Origin: Candidatus Bathyarchaeota archaeon
Lineage (GTDB): Archaea > Thermoproteota > Bathyarchaeia > Bathyarchaeales > Bathycorpusculaceae
Reading direction: 5' to 3'
NCBI GenBank assembly: GCA_963811105.1
Contig: CAWEPZ010000011.1
Coordinates: forward strand, 224,001 to 288,000
Length of the DNA stretch: 64,000 nt
Shown: piece after piece, positions 31,499 to 41,620 of the stretch
Layout: each line of letters starts with the position of its first letter
Position numbering within the stretch: position 1 is the first letter of the stretch
Made by a program: the position numbers and the translations under genes
The notes under the pieces: generated by a model
What the model was told of the DNA's origin: nothing
The model's input: only the letters and a program-made list of their open reading frames with translations
Databases searched by the model: none

Positions 31499-32553
31499 GT
31501 TTTTTCACCCATATACATTTTATAATCCTTAATAACATCTGGAAGCTTGGGCGAGTCAAACATCTTTTTTCCCGTCATTTCGTTTGCTGCCGCCATGTAC
31601 ATTTCGCTAATTACTTTTTTAAGTTGCGAGTCAAGTTTTGGAGGCTGAGACTTGCAAAGTGTTTTCCAATCTTGTACGCCTTTAGCATCTGCCTCTTTTT
31701 TGGCTTGTTCCAAATCGTCATACCAAGCGGTCTTTCTGTAAAATTGCCTCGCAATTTCCTTGCTAACATGAATTCCCTCGAAGGTGAATCTGCATTCGTC
31801 TAATGTGCCAACCACATCAACAATCATTAGGTTCCGTTTTTCGTCGAAAGCTAACTCGATTTTGCCATCCTCGTTGTTTAACCCAGCTTTGGAAGCGACT
31901 TCGCTTATTGTTTCATCCGCGATTAACAGCACTTTTTTAACGTCGGCTAATTCCATGTTTGTTAACCCAGCGATTTTCTGTGCTTCCTGCCACGTCATGT
32001 ATCGGTCGGTTTCTTCGAGTTTCGTGCTAACGTCAAAAATCGGTTTATCTAGTTTTTCGCCTGGCTTTGGGCAGTGGTCTAAGCCCAAATCCTTGAAGGT
32101 GATTTTGCCTTGTTCAAGCCGTTTAAAAACTGACGAGCCTTTTGGCAAGCCGTTGCGGTAGATGATTTCAAGCGGGACCAAGCAGTTTTTCAACTCAGGA
32201 GTATAGATCTTGTAGTCATGTTCGATTTCGCCGTTGACTACCCTTGTCTTTGGCTTGTAAACATTGACTATATCAACTTCCATGATGCTTGATGGTTGTT
32301 TTAACTTATCAAACTTGACAGCTTTGCCGTCGGTACCAACCAAACCATGATAATGAGTCTTAACGCCTTTTCGCTGTAGCTGTTCAAAGCAGTAAGCGCC
32401 CATAAGGCATAATGCAGCACCTTTGCCGTCTATGTGGTCGGGCATTTCACCCCAATCAAAAACGCTATAGCGGTTAGAAAAGAGAAATCTTCCAATACCC
32501 ATAGCTTCTTTGGTTGGATTTTTGATTACTTCGAGATCTTTAACGCTGCCCAT
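31495..32553 (-). CDS. purC: SAICAR synthetase (long archaeal form)
   Basis: MGSVKD, RYSVFDWG, STKLE, DGKIE, GTLDECRF. Confidence 0.93.
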   Translation of the reverse strand: MGSVKDLEVIKNPTKEAMGIGRFLFSNRYSVFDWGEMPDHIDGKGAALCLMGAYCFEQLQRKGVKTHYHGLVGTDGKAVKFDKLKQPSSIMEVDIVNVYKPKTRVVNGEIEHDYKIYTPELKNCLVPLEIIYRNGLPKGSSVFKRLEQGKITFKDLGLDHCPKPGEKLDKPIFDVSTKLEETDRYMTWQEAQKIAGLTNMELADVKKVLLIADETISEVASKAGLNNEDGKIELAFDEKRNLMIVDVVGTLDECRFTFEGIHVSKEIARQFYRKTAWYDDLEQAKKEADAKGVQDWKTLCKSQPPKLDSQLKKVISEMYMAAANEMTGKKMFDSPKLPDVIKDYKMYMGEKT

Positions 32554-32695
32554 GCTTTTTCTCTCAGCTTATCTTTGATTCTATCAGAATATTCTATTTT
32601 AGCTTATATCAGTTTACTAGAAATATCTGATAAGATAGTCGCAGCTGCATTTAACTAAGAAATTAAGTTGTTTACCTTTGTGTACAGAGAACAGC

Positions 32696-33181
32696 TTAAG
32701 TTAGTTTCTTTACTGATTCGTTGGCTCTTTCTAGCTCTTTCCTCTTGGAATCCTGATAATTCTTAACTTTCTCTGCCAAAGCATTGTCCTCCAAGGCAAA
32801 GATTTTAGCTCCGGCAATTGCGGCTCCTTCAGACGATATAGTTACAACCGAACCTATGCCGCTTGGCACTCGTAGCGATGAGAGAATGTCTGCGCCGCTG
32901 AAGGTTTCGGAGTATGGGGGGCATGCAATCACAGGTTTAGATGAGTTTGCATCAACAAAAGCACTCAGTGCATTTGAGCGTCCAGCCACAGTGATGTAAA
33001 CTACTTTTTCAGCTTCAAATTCTTTTATTATTTCCAACACTTTGTCCGGGGTTTTGTGTGCTGAGGCTACTCTGAACTCGTAGTTTACGCCTAAAAGCTT
33101 AAGGTACTTTGCAATTTCCCTGGAGAAATCCAGGTCCCGCTCTGAACCCATCACAATAACTGCCATTACAGACATAACCAA
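32696..33181 (-). CDS. purE: AIR carboxylase / N5-CAIR mutase
   Basis: MGSERD, SAHKTP, AGRSNAL, SSLRVPSG. Confidence 0.93.
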   Translation of the reverse strand: MVMSVMAVIVMGSERDLDFSREIAKYLKLLGVNYEFRVASAHKTPDKVLEIIKEFEAEKVVYITVAGRSNALSAFVDANSSKPVIACPPYSETFSGADILSSLRVPSGIGSVVTISSEGAAIAGAKIFALEDNALAEKVKNYQDSKRKELERANESVKKLT

Positions 33182-33301
33182 TTCCTTCTAAATGCTTAAG
33201 AAAAACAAGCTAATTAATTAAGCTGTCCAATCAGTTGTTACCCAGTAACAGTCACATTAATTTATTATTCAATTTATGAGTTATGTGCTTGTATTCCCGA
33301 G

Positions 33302-33787
33302 ATGAACTTTATGTCGGAACAGAGCATACATCGACCCAAAGAATTAGAATTGCTTAAACAGCTTATTGGAGAATGGAACGTAGGTATAGCTATGAAAATA
33401 TCAGACGACAAAATCATCTCTGGATGTGGAGAAATGACTGCAACAGAAATTCCTCAGGTAGGCAGTATAAACTCTGAAATCAACACACACTTAGAAGGCT
33501 ATGATGATTATTATGAGAATGACTTGTGGAGTATTGACCAACCCACTGGAAAAGTGCACCTATTCGGAATGACTTCAGAAGGTGACACCCACGACCATAT
33601 CGGCAACTGGAAAGATGACAAAACCCTTGAATTACACTGGAGAGGAACCTTCGATGACCAAGAATTGGAAGAGAGGATAGTCGCAAAATGGTTAAGTAAA
33701 GATCAGATTGAAGTCAAAGAAATCAATTATTCCAAAGGCGTAGTTATCTTGACTATTGACTACGTTTTCAAAAGAAAAGAAACCTAA
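33302..33787 (+). CDS. DUF1579-like beta-barrel hypothetical protein
   Basis: PKELELLKQLIGEW N-terminus, beta-rich. Confidence 0.6.
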   Translation: MNFMSEQSIHRPKELELLKQLIGEWNVGIAMKISDDKIISGCGEMTATEIPQVGSINSEINTHLEGYDDYYENDLWSIDQPTGKVHLFGMTSEGDTHDHIGNWKDDKTLELHWRGTFDDQELEERIVAKWLSKDQIEVKEINYSKGVVILTIDYVFKRKET

Positions 33788-34269
33788 CCGAGCAATTTAG
33801 TCAACATTTTTGTTAATCGTGTTGCTGCTTCTCCTACTTCAACGGTTAAACCTTCGCCAAACTCCATGCTCTTAGGCTCAACCAACAGCAAACCAATTTT
33901 TGCAGCAGTTGCCTGCTTAACGTATTCACAGAAAATCCGCAAAGGCAACAAATGTGTCGTGATAGCTGAATAGCATTCAGTTTTTTCAAAATCAAACAGG
34001 CTGGCTTCCCCAGGATTCAAACCTAAAAAAGCGGCATCAATCAATAAAACATGCGTTGGTTGAAACTCCTCAATATCTAAAAGATAGCTTTCTGGAACTG
34101 TCTCTGCTTCAAGCAAAAGAACGATTGGCGGTAGTTTGCCTTTTAGTTGCTCTACGATTTTTAATCCTACGTAGTCGTCTGTTCGGATGGGATTTCCGAT
34201 TCCGGCTATGACGACCTTCTTTAAATCAACAAACCAGTTTCTGAGTTCTGTTTCTATTCCATCAATCAT
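33784..34269 (-). CDS. Hydrogenase maturation protease (HycI-like)
   Basis: GIGNPIRTDDYVG, TVPE, IDAA, TTHLLPL. Confidence 0.9.
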   Translation of the reverse strand: MIDGIETELRNWFVDLKKVVIAGIGNPIRTDDYVGLKIVEQLKGKLPPIVLLLEAETVPESYLLDIEEFQPTHVLLIDAAFLGLNPGEASLFDFEKTECYSAITTHLLPLRIFCEYVKQATAAKIGLLLVEPKSMEFGEGLTVEVGEAATRLTKMLTKLLG

Positions 34270-34333
34270 CGAAGCACCAATTAAAAAGAAATAAGCTGTG
34301 AAACTAGAAAAAGATTACCCACAAAATATACGG

Positions 34334-34693
34334 CTATTTTGTTTTCTTGGCTAGCTGCGGAGGCTTACGTCTTGCGTCCCAAGCATGATGCAATCCTAAA
34401 CCTGGATGATGAAGAAGCATTCTTGGGCCTGAGTAGCGCATGACTTTTTTGACTTTTTCTTTCATGTCTGGGCGATAACAGTGAACAATGCATTTGCCAC
34501 AGGTGCTTTTTTTATCTTGAAACGGACATTTATCGAGTCGCATAAACGCGTATTCCTTGAATTGGGTGCATTCTGGGCATAGTTCGTCGTGGGTTTCGTG
34601 GTGTCCTTTGCAGTAGATTTCAACCATGTAACCTATTGTTTTTTTCTCGCGTTTCATTCTTTTATGTTCTGGGTTAGGTTGTTGCGGTTGCAC
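34334..34693 (-). CDS. YgbA / nitrous-oxide-stimulated-promoter family Zn-binding protein
   Basis: REKKT..M..IYC, CP.C, C..C..HCY, MRYSGPRM. Confidence 0.9.
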   Translation of the reverse strand: MQPQQPNPEHKRMKREKKTIGYMVEIYCKGHHETHDELCPECTQFKEYAFMRLDKCPFQDKKSTCGKCIVHCYRPDMKEKVKKVMRYSGPRMLLHHPGLGLHHAWDARRKPPQLAKKTK

Positions 34694-34829
34694 GTAAATC
34701 AGAGGTCCATTGACGAATAAGTGTCGTCGTATTCACTTAAGGGTTTACTCTAGAACGTTCAGGTTTTTCAGAATATTGGGTACTTATGAAAAATATCTAA
34801 AAATATGCCCTAAAGAAAAATGGGTTAAA

Positions 34830-36284
34830 TTAACGAGATACGGAGCTGATTCGTTGTTTTTGGGCGTTGAAGACTTCAACTGTTAGTGGCATTTTTCCGA
34901 TTGCAGCGTGTGTTGCGCATCCGAAGCACGGATCATAAGCCCTGAAAGCCATTTCAACCATGTTGAGTATACCTTGGTCAACTTTGCCGCTGTGGATTAA
35001 GCCTTTAGCTGCATCGCGTATGCTCATGCAGATTGCAGGATAATTGTTTGTCGTCGCTACAATTAGGTTTACATCTTTGACGAGTGCGTCTTTGTCCAAG
35101 GTATAGTGGTGGATGAGCGTGCCTCTAGCTGCTTCAACGATGCCAACGCCTTCGCCTGGTTCGCCTGGTGTGTTGCGTATGTTTGTGCTGGTAATTTCTG
35201 GATCTTTTATCAGCTCCATTGTTCTTTCGGTTGCGTAAAGTAGCTCGATGAGCCTTGCCCAGTGGAAAGCGAGTGTGCTATGGACTGGTTTTCCGCCCAG
35301 GGTCTTGTACATAACTTCGTATTCTGCTTGTGCAAGAGGTGTTGCCATGCCGTCTGAAGCGTTTAATCGTCCAAGTGGACCAACACGGTACACGCCGCTG
35401 TCTTTGCCTGGGATTTGCCCTTTCCAGCCGATTGCTTTGAGGTATGGGAATTTGCTGTACGTCCATTCTTCAACGTGTTCACCGATGTGTTTGAGGTAAT
35501 CTTTTGATTCGAATTTGAGGAATTCTTTGCCTGATGGGTCAACGACTCGAATTTTGCCGTCGTAAAAATTAACTTTGTTGTTTTGGTCAACGGTGCCCAT
35601 ATAATAGGTTGGCATTGTGTAGGCCTGGCTTCTGATTAGGTCAACGTATTTGGTGTTGCCAAGTACGATATCATGGAAAATCTTGAGGGTGAATTGGGCG
35701 AAATCTACGCATGAAGTAGCCATTGTTTCAATTTCTTGCCTTTTTTCTTCCGACAGTGATTTGGAGATTCCGCCGGGTATTCCGCAGACAGGGTGGGTCG
35801 CTTTTCCACCTAAGATTTCAGTTATTTTTTGACCGTATGCTCTGTGCTTTATAACTTCAGCTGCAATTGGCATTCCTACTTTCTCGATAACTCCGAGAAT
35901 GTTGCGTTTTTCTGGTGGTGCGTCAGGTCCAACAATAAAGTCTGGTCCGCCAAGATAGTAGAAGTGTAGTATATGGTCGTAGATGAAGTAGGCGCTGTAC
36001 ATTAGTTCTCTGAGTTTCTTTGCCGCCGAAGGTGGGTCAACGTTGAATGCTGCATCTAGGGCTTTTGTGGCTGCGAAGTGGTGTGCGACGGGGCAGACAC
36101 CGCAGATTCTGGTTGTGAGTTGCGGCATTAGTTCTGCTCTTCGGCCAATACAGAATTTCTCGAATCCTCTCAGTTCTGGAATTTTGAGATACGCATTTTC
36201 TACTTCGCCCAGATCGTTGAGGAATATAGACACGTTTCCGTGTCCTTCAAGGCGTGTGATTGGATCGATAACTATTTCTTTCAT
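34830..36284 (-). CDS. mvhA: [NiFe] hydrogenase large subunit, group 3c-like
   Basis: TRLEGHG, ELRGFE, RICGVC, RAYDPCFGCATH plus cleavable tail. Confidence 0.88.
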   Translation of the reverse strand: MKEIVIDPITRLEGHGNVSIFLNDLGEVENAYLKIPELRGFEKFCIGRRAELMPQLTTRICGVCPVAHHFAATKALDAAFNVDPPSAAKKLRELMYSAYFIYDHILHFYYLGGPDFIVGPDAPPEKRNILGVIEKVGMPIAAEVIKHRAYGQKITEILGGKATHPVCGIPGGISKSLSEEKRQEIETMATSCVDFAQFTLKIFHDIVLGNTKYVDLIRSQAYTMPTYYMGTVDQNNKVNFYDGKIRVVDPSGKEFLKFESKDYLKHIGEHVEEWTYSKFPYLKAIGWKGQIPGKDSGVYRVGPLGRLNASDGMATPLAQAEYEVMYKTLGGKPVHSTLAFHWARLIELLYATERTMELIKDPEITSTNIRNTPGEPGEGVGIVEAARGTLIHHYTLDKDALVKDVNLIVATTNNYPAICMSIRDAAKGLIHSGKVDQGILNMVEMAFRAYDPCFGCATHAAIGKMPLTVEVFNAQKQRISSVSR

Positions 36285-37270
36285 TTCTTAATCACCTTTC
36301 GTTTTAAAATTGAAGCTGGTAAACCATACATATAGAACGTGCCGACCGGGTCTTTGACCTGGCTTAATAATTCTTCAGTCTCTTTCTCGGTATATTTGGC
36401 TTTCCCTGGTTCTCCATCGTAACCCAATATTGAAGCCAAAGCAGAGACTATTGCTGCACCTTGGTCAGGCACGTTTGGAGCCGGTCCCCCGCAACCTGTG
36501 CATGGCATGTCAACGTTTAAGCATTGAGCACCACAACCGCTTCTGGTCGCAAGTCCCAAGCAGAGGATTCCTTGTTCGAGAAGGCATTTTTCTGGTTCAG
36601 GAGCTTTTTCGTAGACTCTATAGATTTTGCCAATTTTCTTGTTTTCACGTTTTCTTGGACATTCGTCACATACTGCTTTGAGCGGCGCGAGAACTGAACC
36701 TTTTGGCGGTAACTTATTGCTTGCTATCGAATCTACTGCGGCAGCGATTAGTTTGACTGGGGGTGGGCAACCTGGGAGGTAATAGTCTACATCAACTGTT
36801 TGGGCTAAGGTTTTTACTGTATCGTAGAACTCTGGGATTTTCAATGTGCCTTCTTTCACCTGGGTCTGGGTCTTAGGAGTAACTCCTTGAGGATTGACAT
36901 TTGATTTGTCTTTTATGTAAACTTGATCAAAAATCTCTTGCTTATTGTTTAAGTTAGCTAATCCAGGTACGCTTCCTTGATGAGCACATGAACCGAAAGC
37001 AACAAGAGTTTTAGACTTTTCCCTAAGTACCTTAGCCATGTGTTCTTGTTCAGAGTTGCGTATTGAACCGTTGAAGAAAGTGATATCTATTGATTTGTCA
37101 GGCATGTTATCGACATCTTTGTATTTGATGTCAATAGCTACTGGCCAAAAAACAATGTCGGCTAATTGGACCACGTCAAGGATTTTTTCGTTTAAGTCTA
37201 AAACGGCTATTTCGCAACCGCCGCAACTTGCAGCCCAGTAAAAGGCTATTTTTAACTTGTTTTTACTCAT
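36281..37270 (-). CDS. mvhG: [NiFe] hydrogenase small subunit, group 3c-like
   Basis: SCGGC, FGSCA, PGCPP, VCDEC, CGAQC..PCTGC. Confidence 0.88.
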   Translation of the reverse strand: MSKNKLKIAFYWAASCGGCEIAVLDLNEKILDVVQLADIVFWPVAIDIKYKDVDNMPDKSIDITFFNGSIRNSEQEHMAKVLREKSKTLVAFGSCAHQGSVPGLANLNNKQEIFDQVYIKDKSNVNPQGVTPKTQTQVKEGTLKIPEFYDTVKTLAQTVDVDYYLPGCPPPVKLIAAAVDSIASNKLPPKGSVLAPLKAVCDECPRKRENKKIGKIYRVYEKAPEPEKCLLEQGILCLGLATRSGCGAQCLNVDMPCTGCGGPAPNVPDQGAAIVSALASILGYDGEPGKAKYTEKETEELLSQVKDPVGTFYMYGLPASILKRKVIKK

Positions 37271-38172
37271 TGTTTGTTTGCTCCTTCGGTTACTTGTTTT
37301 ATTATTTTTGATGCATTCACTCGGAGTTCGTTGAAGGCTAGTTCTTCCGCGGTTAGACCCATTGCTAAACCGAGCAACTGTGGGTAATGGAGAATTGGAA
37401 TGCCATAAGCTTCATTAAACGCTTTCTCTATGCGCAACTCGTTTGTATCATACATTATGTGGCAAAACGGACAAATGGTGATTAATGCTTGTGCATCAAC
37501 CATTTTCACATGGTTTAATTTGTCCCTTGCGAGTTGCAACGCAATTTTGTCGCTGACGCCAACGCTAGGTGCCCCACAGCATTCTGTTTCATCAATGTAA
37601 TCCAAGCACGTGGCTCCCGTGGCTTCTATGAGCATTTTAAGAGTCTGCGGGTCTTCTGGGTCGTCAAAACCAATATATTCTTTGGGCCTCAGAATGTGGC
37701 ATCCATTGTGCTCTGCGACCTTAAGCATAGTAAGGGGTTTGACAATTGAGGCTTTGATTTTTTCTATACCAACGTCTTCTTTAAGCAGTTGCAAAAGATG
37801 TTTTGTCTCAAGGGTTCCTTTGAATTCTAATCCCACTTCTTTGAGGTGACCATTAATTTGCTCTTTCAGCACTTTGTCCTCTTTTAGAGTCTTGTTAACT
37901 TTTTTTAACGTGCCAGCGCAGCCTGGACAAAGTGTGAGAATGTTTAAGCCCGTTTGCTCTGCCAACGCCAGGTTTTTTGCTGCCAAAATGAGCATGGTTT
38001 CATGGCTTACTGGATCTAAAGGTAATCCGCAGCAGTTGAATTCTGGCATTTCAACCAGTTCAACTCCGAGTTTGGCGAGAACTTTGCGAGCAGAAATCTC
38101 GTAAGCTGAAACTCGATATGGGATAGCGCATCCGAGAAATAGGAGGAATTTATTGCCCACTTGGTTTATCAC
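37267..38172 (-). CDS. hdrB: Heterodisulfide reductase subunit B
   Basis: Two CCG domains (FLGC..CCG..CPGC; GCH..CCG..CPFC). Confidence 0.92.
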   Translation of the reverse strand: MINQVGNKFLLFLGCAIPYRVSAYEISARKVLAKLGVELVEMPEFNCCGLPLDPVSHETMLILAAKNLALAEQTGLNILTLCPGCAGTLKKVNKTLKEDKVLKEQINGHLKEVGLEFKGTLETKHLLQLLKEDVGIEKIKASIVKPLTMLKVAEHNGCHILRPKEYIGFDDPEDPQTLKMLIEATGATCLDYIDETECCGAPSVGVSDKIALQLARDKLNHVKMVDAQALITICPFCHIMYDTNELRIEKAFNEAYGIPILHYPQLLGLAMGLTAEELAFNELRVNASKIIKQVTEGANKQ

Positions 38173-38707
38173 CTGTTGGTTTCTGGACTCTTTCGACGAA
38201 TTTTACGCCTTTTAGCACTTTTTTAACATTCTCAGCATTGCCTTTTGCTAATGGCGGCAACCCTTGAGACTCACGTTTTTTAACTCTTAAGTCGGGAATC
38301 TTGTAGGCGTAGCCTGTTTCAAGCAAGCTTGCTGCTTGGTCTTTGAAAACTTGAGGTATGCAGCCGTTTTCTACTGCTAAATTGCGGAAAACTCGGATCA
38401 CGTTTGCCACTTCGACGTCTTGTGGGCAGCGATCAGTGCATGTGAAGCAGGCTGCGCATAACCATAATGTGTCGCTTTTAAGAACTCGATCTTTTAGCCC
38501 CAGTTGAGCCATGTGAATTAGAGTTCTTGGCCTGTAACTGTCGCTGTATCTTGCTACTGGGCAGTCTGAGGTGCATGTTCCACACTGGAAACACTTCAAA
38601 ATTTTTTCGCTTCCGTGCATCTTAATCAGTTCGTACTTGAATTTGGGGTCAAGTTCGGAAGCTTTTATGGGCTCTTTGCCTGAGTTTGTTAATGGTGTCT
38701 CAGTCAT
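38150..38707 (-). CDS. hdrC: Heterodisulfide reductase subunit C
   Basis: CFQCGTCTSDCP, WLCAACFTCTDRCP. Confidence 0.92.
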   Translation of the reverse strand: MTETPLTNSGKEPIKASELDPKFKYELIKMHGSEKILKCFQCGTCTSDCPVARYSDSYRPRTLIHMAQLGLKDRVLKSDTLWLCAACFTCTDRCPQDVEVANVIRVFRNLAVENGCIPQVFKDQAASLLETGYAYKIPDLRVKKRESQGLPPLAKGNAENVKKVLKGVKFVERVQKPTGDKPSGQ

Positions 38708-38933
38708 GTGGATTCACTCTGACTGGTTTTAGGTAGCACCCTAAGTGCTTATTTACCATCAATTCCCAACTCAATCATTTAAATGTTCAGTAAAACCTTG
38801 GTCGAATTTTCCATGACGTCAGGTTTGTTAGAATAATCTTATGCAGGGCAATTCTAAGAGGAAGTTTGTTAAAGAATAGTGATTGCTCTTAAGATTCAAC
38901 CGAAAATAACAAGAGGAAAAATAAGATGGCTGC

Positions 38934-40379
38934 TTATCTGATTTTGCGGTCTAATAATTTGCCTTCAGCATCAACTAGTTTGATGTCGAGTGGCATTTGG
39001 CCGATTGCGTGTGTTGCGCAGCTCAAGCAAGGATCAAACGCGCGGATTACTGCTTCCACTCGATTTAGCATACCTTCTTGGAGCGTTTTGGCTTTGACGT
39101 ATTTTTTGGCTACTTGTGTGATTGCCATGTTGTAGGCGATGTTGTTGTGTTCTGTCGCGATAACCATGTTGTTGTATGTGATTAGTCCTTGTGGGTCAAC
39201 TTTGTAATGGTGGATGAGAGTGCCTCTTGGTGCTTCAGCGAAACCGACTCCTTCATAATTGTTTACCATAGCTTTGGATGTGACGTGTTCGGAGAGGATT
39301 TCGGGGTCGTCGAGCAGTTCCTTTGCAGTTTCAACGCAGAATAGCAACTCGATTAAGCGCGCGTAGTGGTAATGGAATGTGCTTTGGACTACTCCGTTTT
39401 TGCCCATTTTCTTAAATTCCATCATTTCTTCGTTTGCAAGCGGCGTATCACAATGAGACGCTACATTAAGTCTTGCTAGAGGTCCAACCCGGTAGGCGCC
39501 TTCTGGATAACCCACAGCTTTGAAGTAAGGGAACTTCATCCATGTCCATGGCTCAACCGCTTCACCGATGAACTCCTGATACATTATTGGGTCAACGCAT
39601 TGTGCGACCACGGTGCCGTTCTTGTCCATTATGGTGAGTCTGCCATCGTATTGTTCGAGCCCACCGTCAGGGCTCACTAAACCCATGTAGTAACTAGGGA
39701 AGTTACCGAAGTTTTCAACTTCGTCGCCAAATTGACTAAGCATGCCCTTGAATAATGCAAGAGTTTTGGCTGCAATTTGCTGAGCTTCAGGCAAATTAGC
39801 TCTAAGGTAATCTGCTCGTTCCTGCGTAAGTGGCCATTTAGCGCCGCCGGGCACTATCCAGTCAGCTGAGTGGATTCGTTTGCCAGCAATTTTCTCGATG
39901 AGTTCTTGACCGAACTTTCGCAGTCTGATTCCTTGGCGTGCTAGTTCCGGGTCTTTCTCTATTATGCCAAAGACATTTCTTACTGCTGGATCTGAATCCA
40001 TTCCTAAGATTAGATCAGGTGAGGATAGATGGTAGAAGTTTAAGGCGTGAGATTGAATTAGCTGTCCCATGTGCATCAAACGGCGTAGTTTTATTGCGGT
40101 TTTTGGCGGGCTTACTCCGACGATTGCGTCGCATGCTTTGGCTGAAGCTAGTAGGTGGCTTACTGGGCAGATGCCGCATGCTCTTGAGGTTATTGCGGGC
40201 ATTTCATAGAATGGTCTGCCTTCGGTGAATTTCTCGAAGCCTCGAAAGTCAGTTACTTGGAACCGTGCGTCTTTTACTGTGTCATCATTGTTAAGAAATA
40301 TTGTTACTTGAGCGTGCCCTTCAATTCTTGTTATTGGAGCAATCACAATTTGTTTGGGGTTTTTTTGTTCTTTAACCAT
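38934..40379 (-). CDS. hoxH: NAD-linked bidirectional [NiFe] hydrogenase large subunit (group 3d)
   Basis: [39 protein letters not shown]. Confidence 0.9.
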   Translation of the reverse strand: MVKEQKNPKQIVIAPITRIEGHAQVTIFLNNDDTVKDARFQVTDFRGFEKFTEGRPFYEMPAITSRACGICPVSHLLASAKACDAIVGVSPPKTAIKLRRLMHMGQLIQSHALNFYHLSSPDLILGMDSDPAVRNVFGIIEKDPELARQGIRLRKFGQELIEKIAGKRIHSADWIVPGGAKWPLTQERADYLRANLPEAQQIAAKTLALFKGMLSQFGDEVENFGNFPSYYMGLVSPDGGLEQYDGRLTIMDKNGTVVAQCVDPIMYQEFIGEAVEPWTWMKFPYFKAVGYPEGAYRVGPLARLNVASHCDTPLANEEMMEFKKMGKNGVVQSTFHYHYARLIELLFCVETAKELLDDPEILSEHVTSKAMVNNYEGVGFAEAPRGTLIHHYKVDPQGLITYNNMVIATEHNNIAYNMAITQVAKKYVKAKTLQEGMLNRVEAVIRAFDPCLSCATHAIGQMPLDIKLVDAEGKLLDRKIR

Positions 40380-40914
40380 ATTTTGATCTACCCTCCATTT
40401 TTGGTGTTCTACCAGCTAACAGCTCGGTTAACACGTAGTTAATCAAGTCTGCTGATGGTGGACACCCAGGAATGTAGAAGTCAACTTTAACTGCTTCATG
40501 AAGCGGACGAGCCTTAACAAGCAACTTAGGCACTTGATCAGGTTTTTGCGGATTCAAATCATAATTGTTAAGATAAGCTCTCTCAACGATTAACTGATCA
40601 CTATGTCGCCAAGCGTTTCTTAATGCGGTAACGTTTCCCGTTACAGCACAATCACCAAGTGAAATCAAAACCTTACTTTTTGCTCTTGCATTCTTTAGCA
40701 TAGCTAACTGTTCTTCATTAGCAATAGCACCTTCGATCAAAGTTACGTCAACATTTTCGGGGAATTCTTTAATGTCAGCAATTGGGCTGAAAACTATCTG
40801 GATTTTTTGAGCCAAATCAATAAGTCGTTCATCTTGGTCCAAGAATGACATATGGCAACCTGAACATCCACTAAGCCAAATAGTTGCGACCCTAACTTTT
40901 GCCGGTGAAGTCAT
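40372..40914 (-). CDS. hoxY: Hox hydrogenase small subunit
   Basis: WLSGCSGCHMSFLD, GDCAVTGNV, PGCPP; 180 aa. Confidence 0.9.
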   Translation of the reverse strand: MTSPAKVRVATIWLSGCSGCHMSFLDQDERLIDLAQKIQIVFSPIADIKEFPENVDVTLIEGAIANEEQLAMLKNARAKSKVLISLGDCAVTGNVTALRNAWRHSDQLIVERAYLNNYDLNPQKPDQVPKLLVKARPLHEAVKVDFYIPGCPPSADLINYVLTELLAGRTPKMEGRSKYG

Positions 40915-41618
40915 TTGTGATTCCTCCTTGCCAAGATAAACTCAGCAATATCTTTGCGCTTGGTATGTGCTATAGGCTCTGCTTCAATGTAAATGGCTCC
41001 AACAGGGCAAACTTTGGCGCATTTGCGACATGAAGTGCAAGAGCAAGAATTAGCCCAATGCTCATCAAGATCCATTATTACCTGAGCATCTTTTCCTCGT
41101 AGTTTCAAATCAAGCGTGTGAACACCTTCAATTTGGTCACAGACACGTATGCACCTAGTGCATAGAATGCATCTGTTGCGATCAATTACGAGAAAGTCAT
41201 GAGTGGAATCAATTTCATCACGACTCCAGTTTCGCTCAAACATTACATGGTCAACGCCAAGCTGGTTTGCCATGGCTTGCAGTTCGCAGTGATCGTCAGC
41301 GACGCAGACTGAGCATATATGAGTTCTCTCGGCTAGAAGCATTTGCACAACCATCTTGCGATAGTCTTTAAGCCTATCTGAATTAGTAGAAACTTCCATT
41401 CCTGTTCCTACCGGAGTTATGCAAGCTGGAAACAGCTTGGGTGAGCCACTGATTTCGATGAGGCAAAGACGGCAACCGCCGTAGGGGGTTAAGCCTTCTA
41501 GGTTGCAGAGTGTAGGTATAATGATGCCGTTGTCTTTTGCTGCTTTGAGTATCATTGTGCCTTCTGGAACCGAAACTTCGATGCCGTCTATTTTTAGTTT
41601 AACAGTTGAAGCGCTCAT
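40911..41618 (-). CDS. hoxU: Hox diaphorase Fe-S subunit (NuoG-like)
   Basis: IPTLC, GGCRLC, H.C..C....C, CILCTRC.RVC, CTSCRKC..VCP. Confidence 0.9.
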   Translation of the reverse strand: MSASTVKLKIDGIEVSVPEGTMILKAAKDNGIIIPTLCNLEGLTPYGGCRLCLIEISGSPKLFPACITPVGTGMEVSTNSDRLKDYRKMVVQMLLAERTHICSVCVADDHCELQAMANQLGVDHVMFERNWSRDEIDSTHDFLVIDRNRCILCTRCIRVCDQIEGVHTLDLKLRGKDAQVIMDLDEHWANSCSCTSCRKCAKVCPVGAIYIEAEPIAHTKRKDIAEFILARRNHK

Positions 41619-41620
41619 TT

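Noticed and set aside
34830-40379. [NiFeSe] hydrogenase
   Set aside because: Both large subunits have Cys in DPCxxC and no in-frame TGA.
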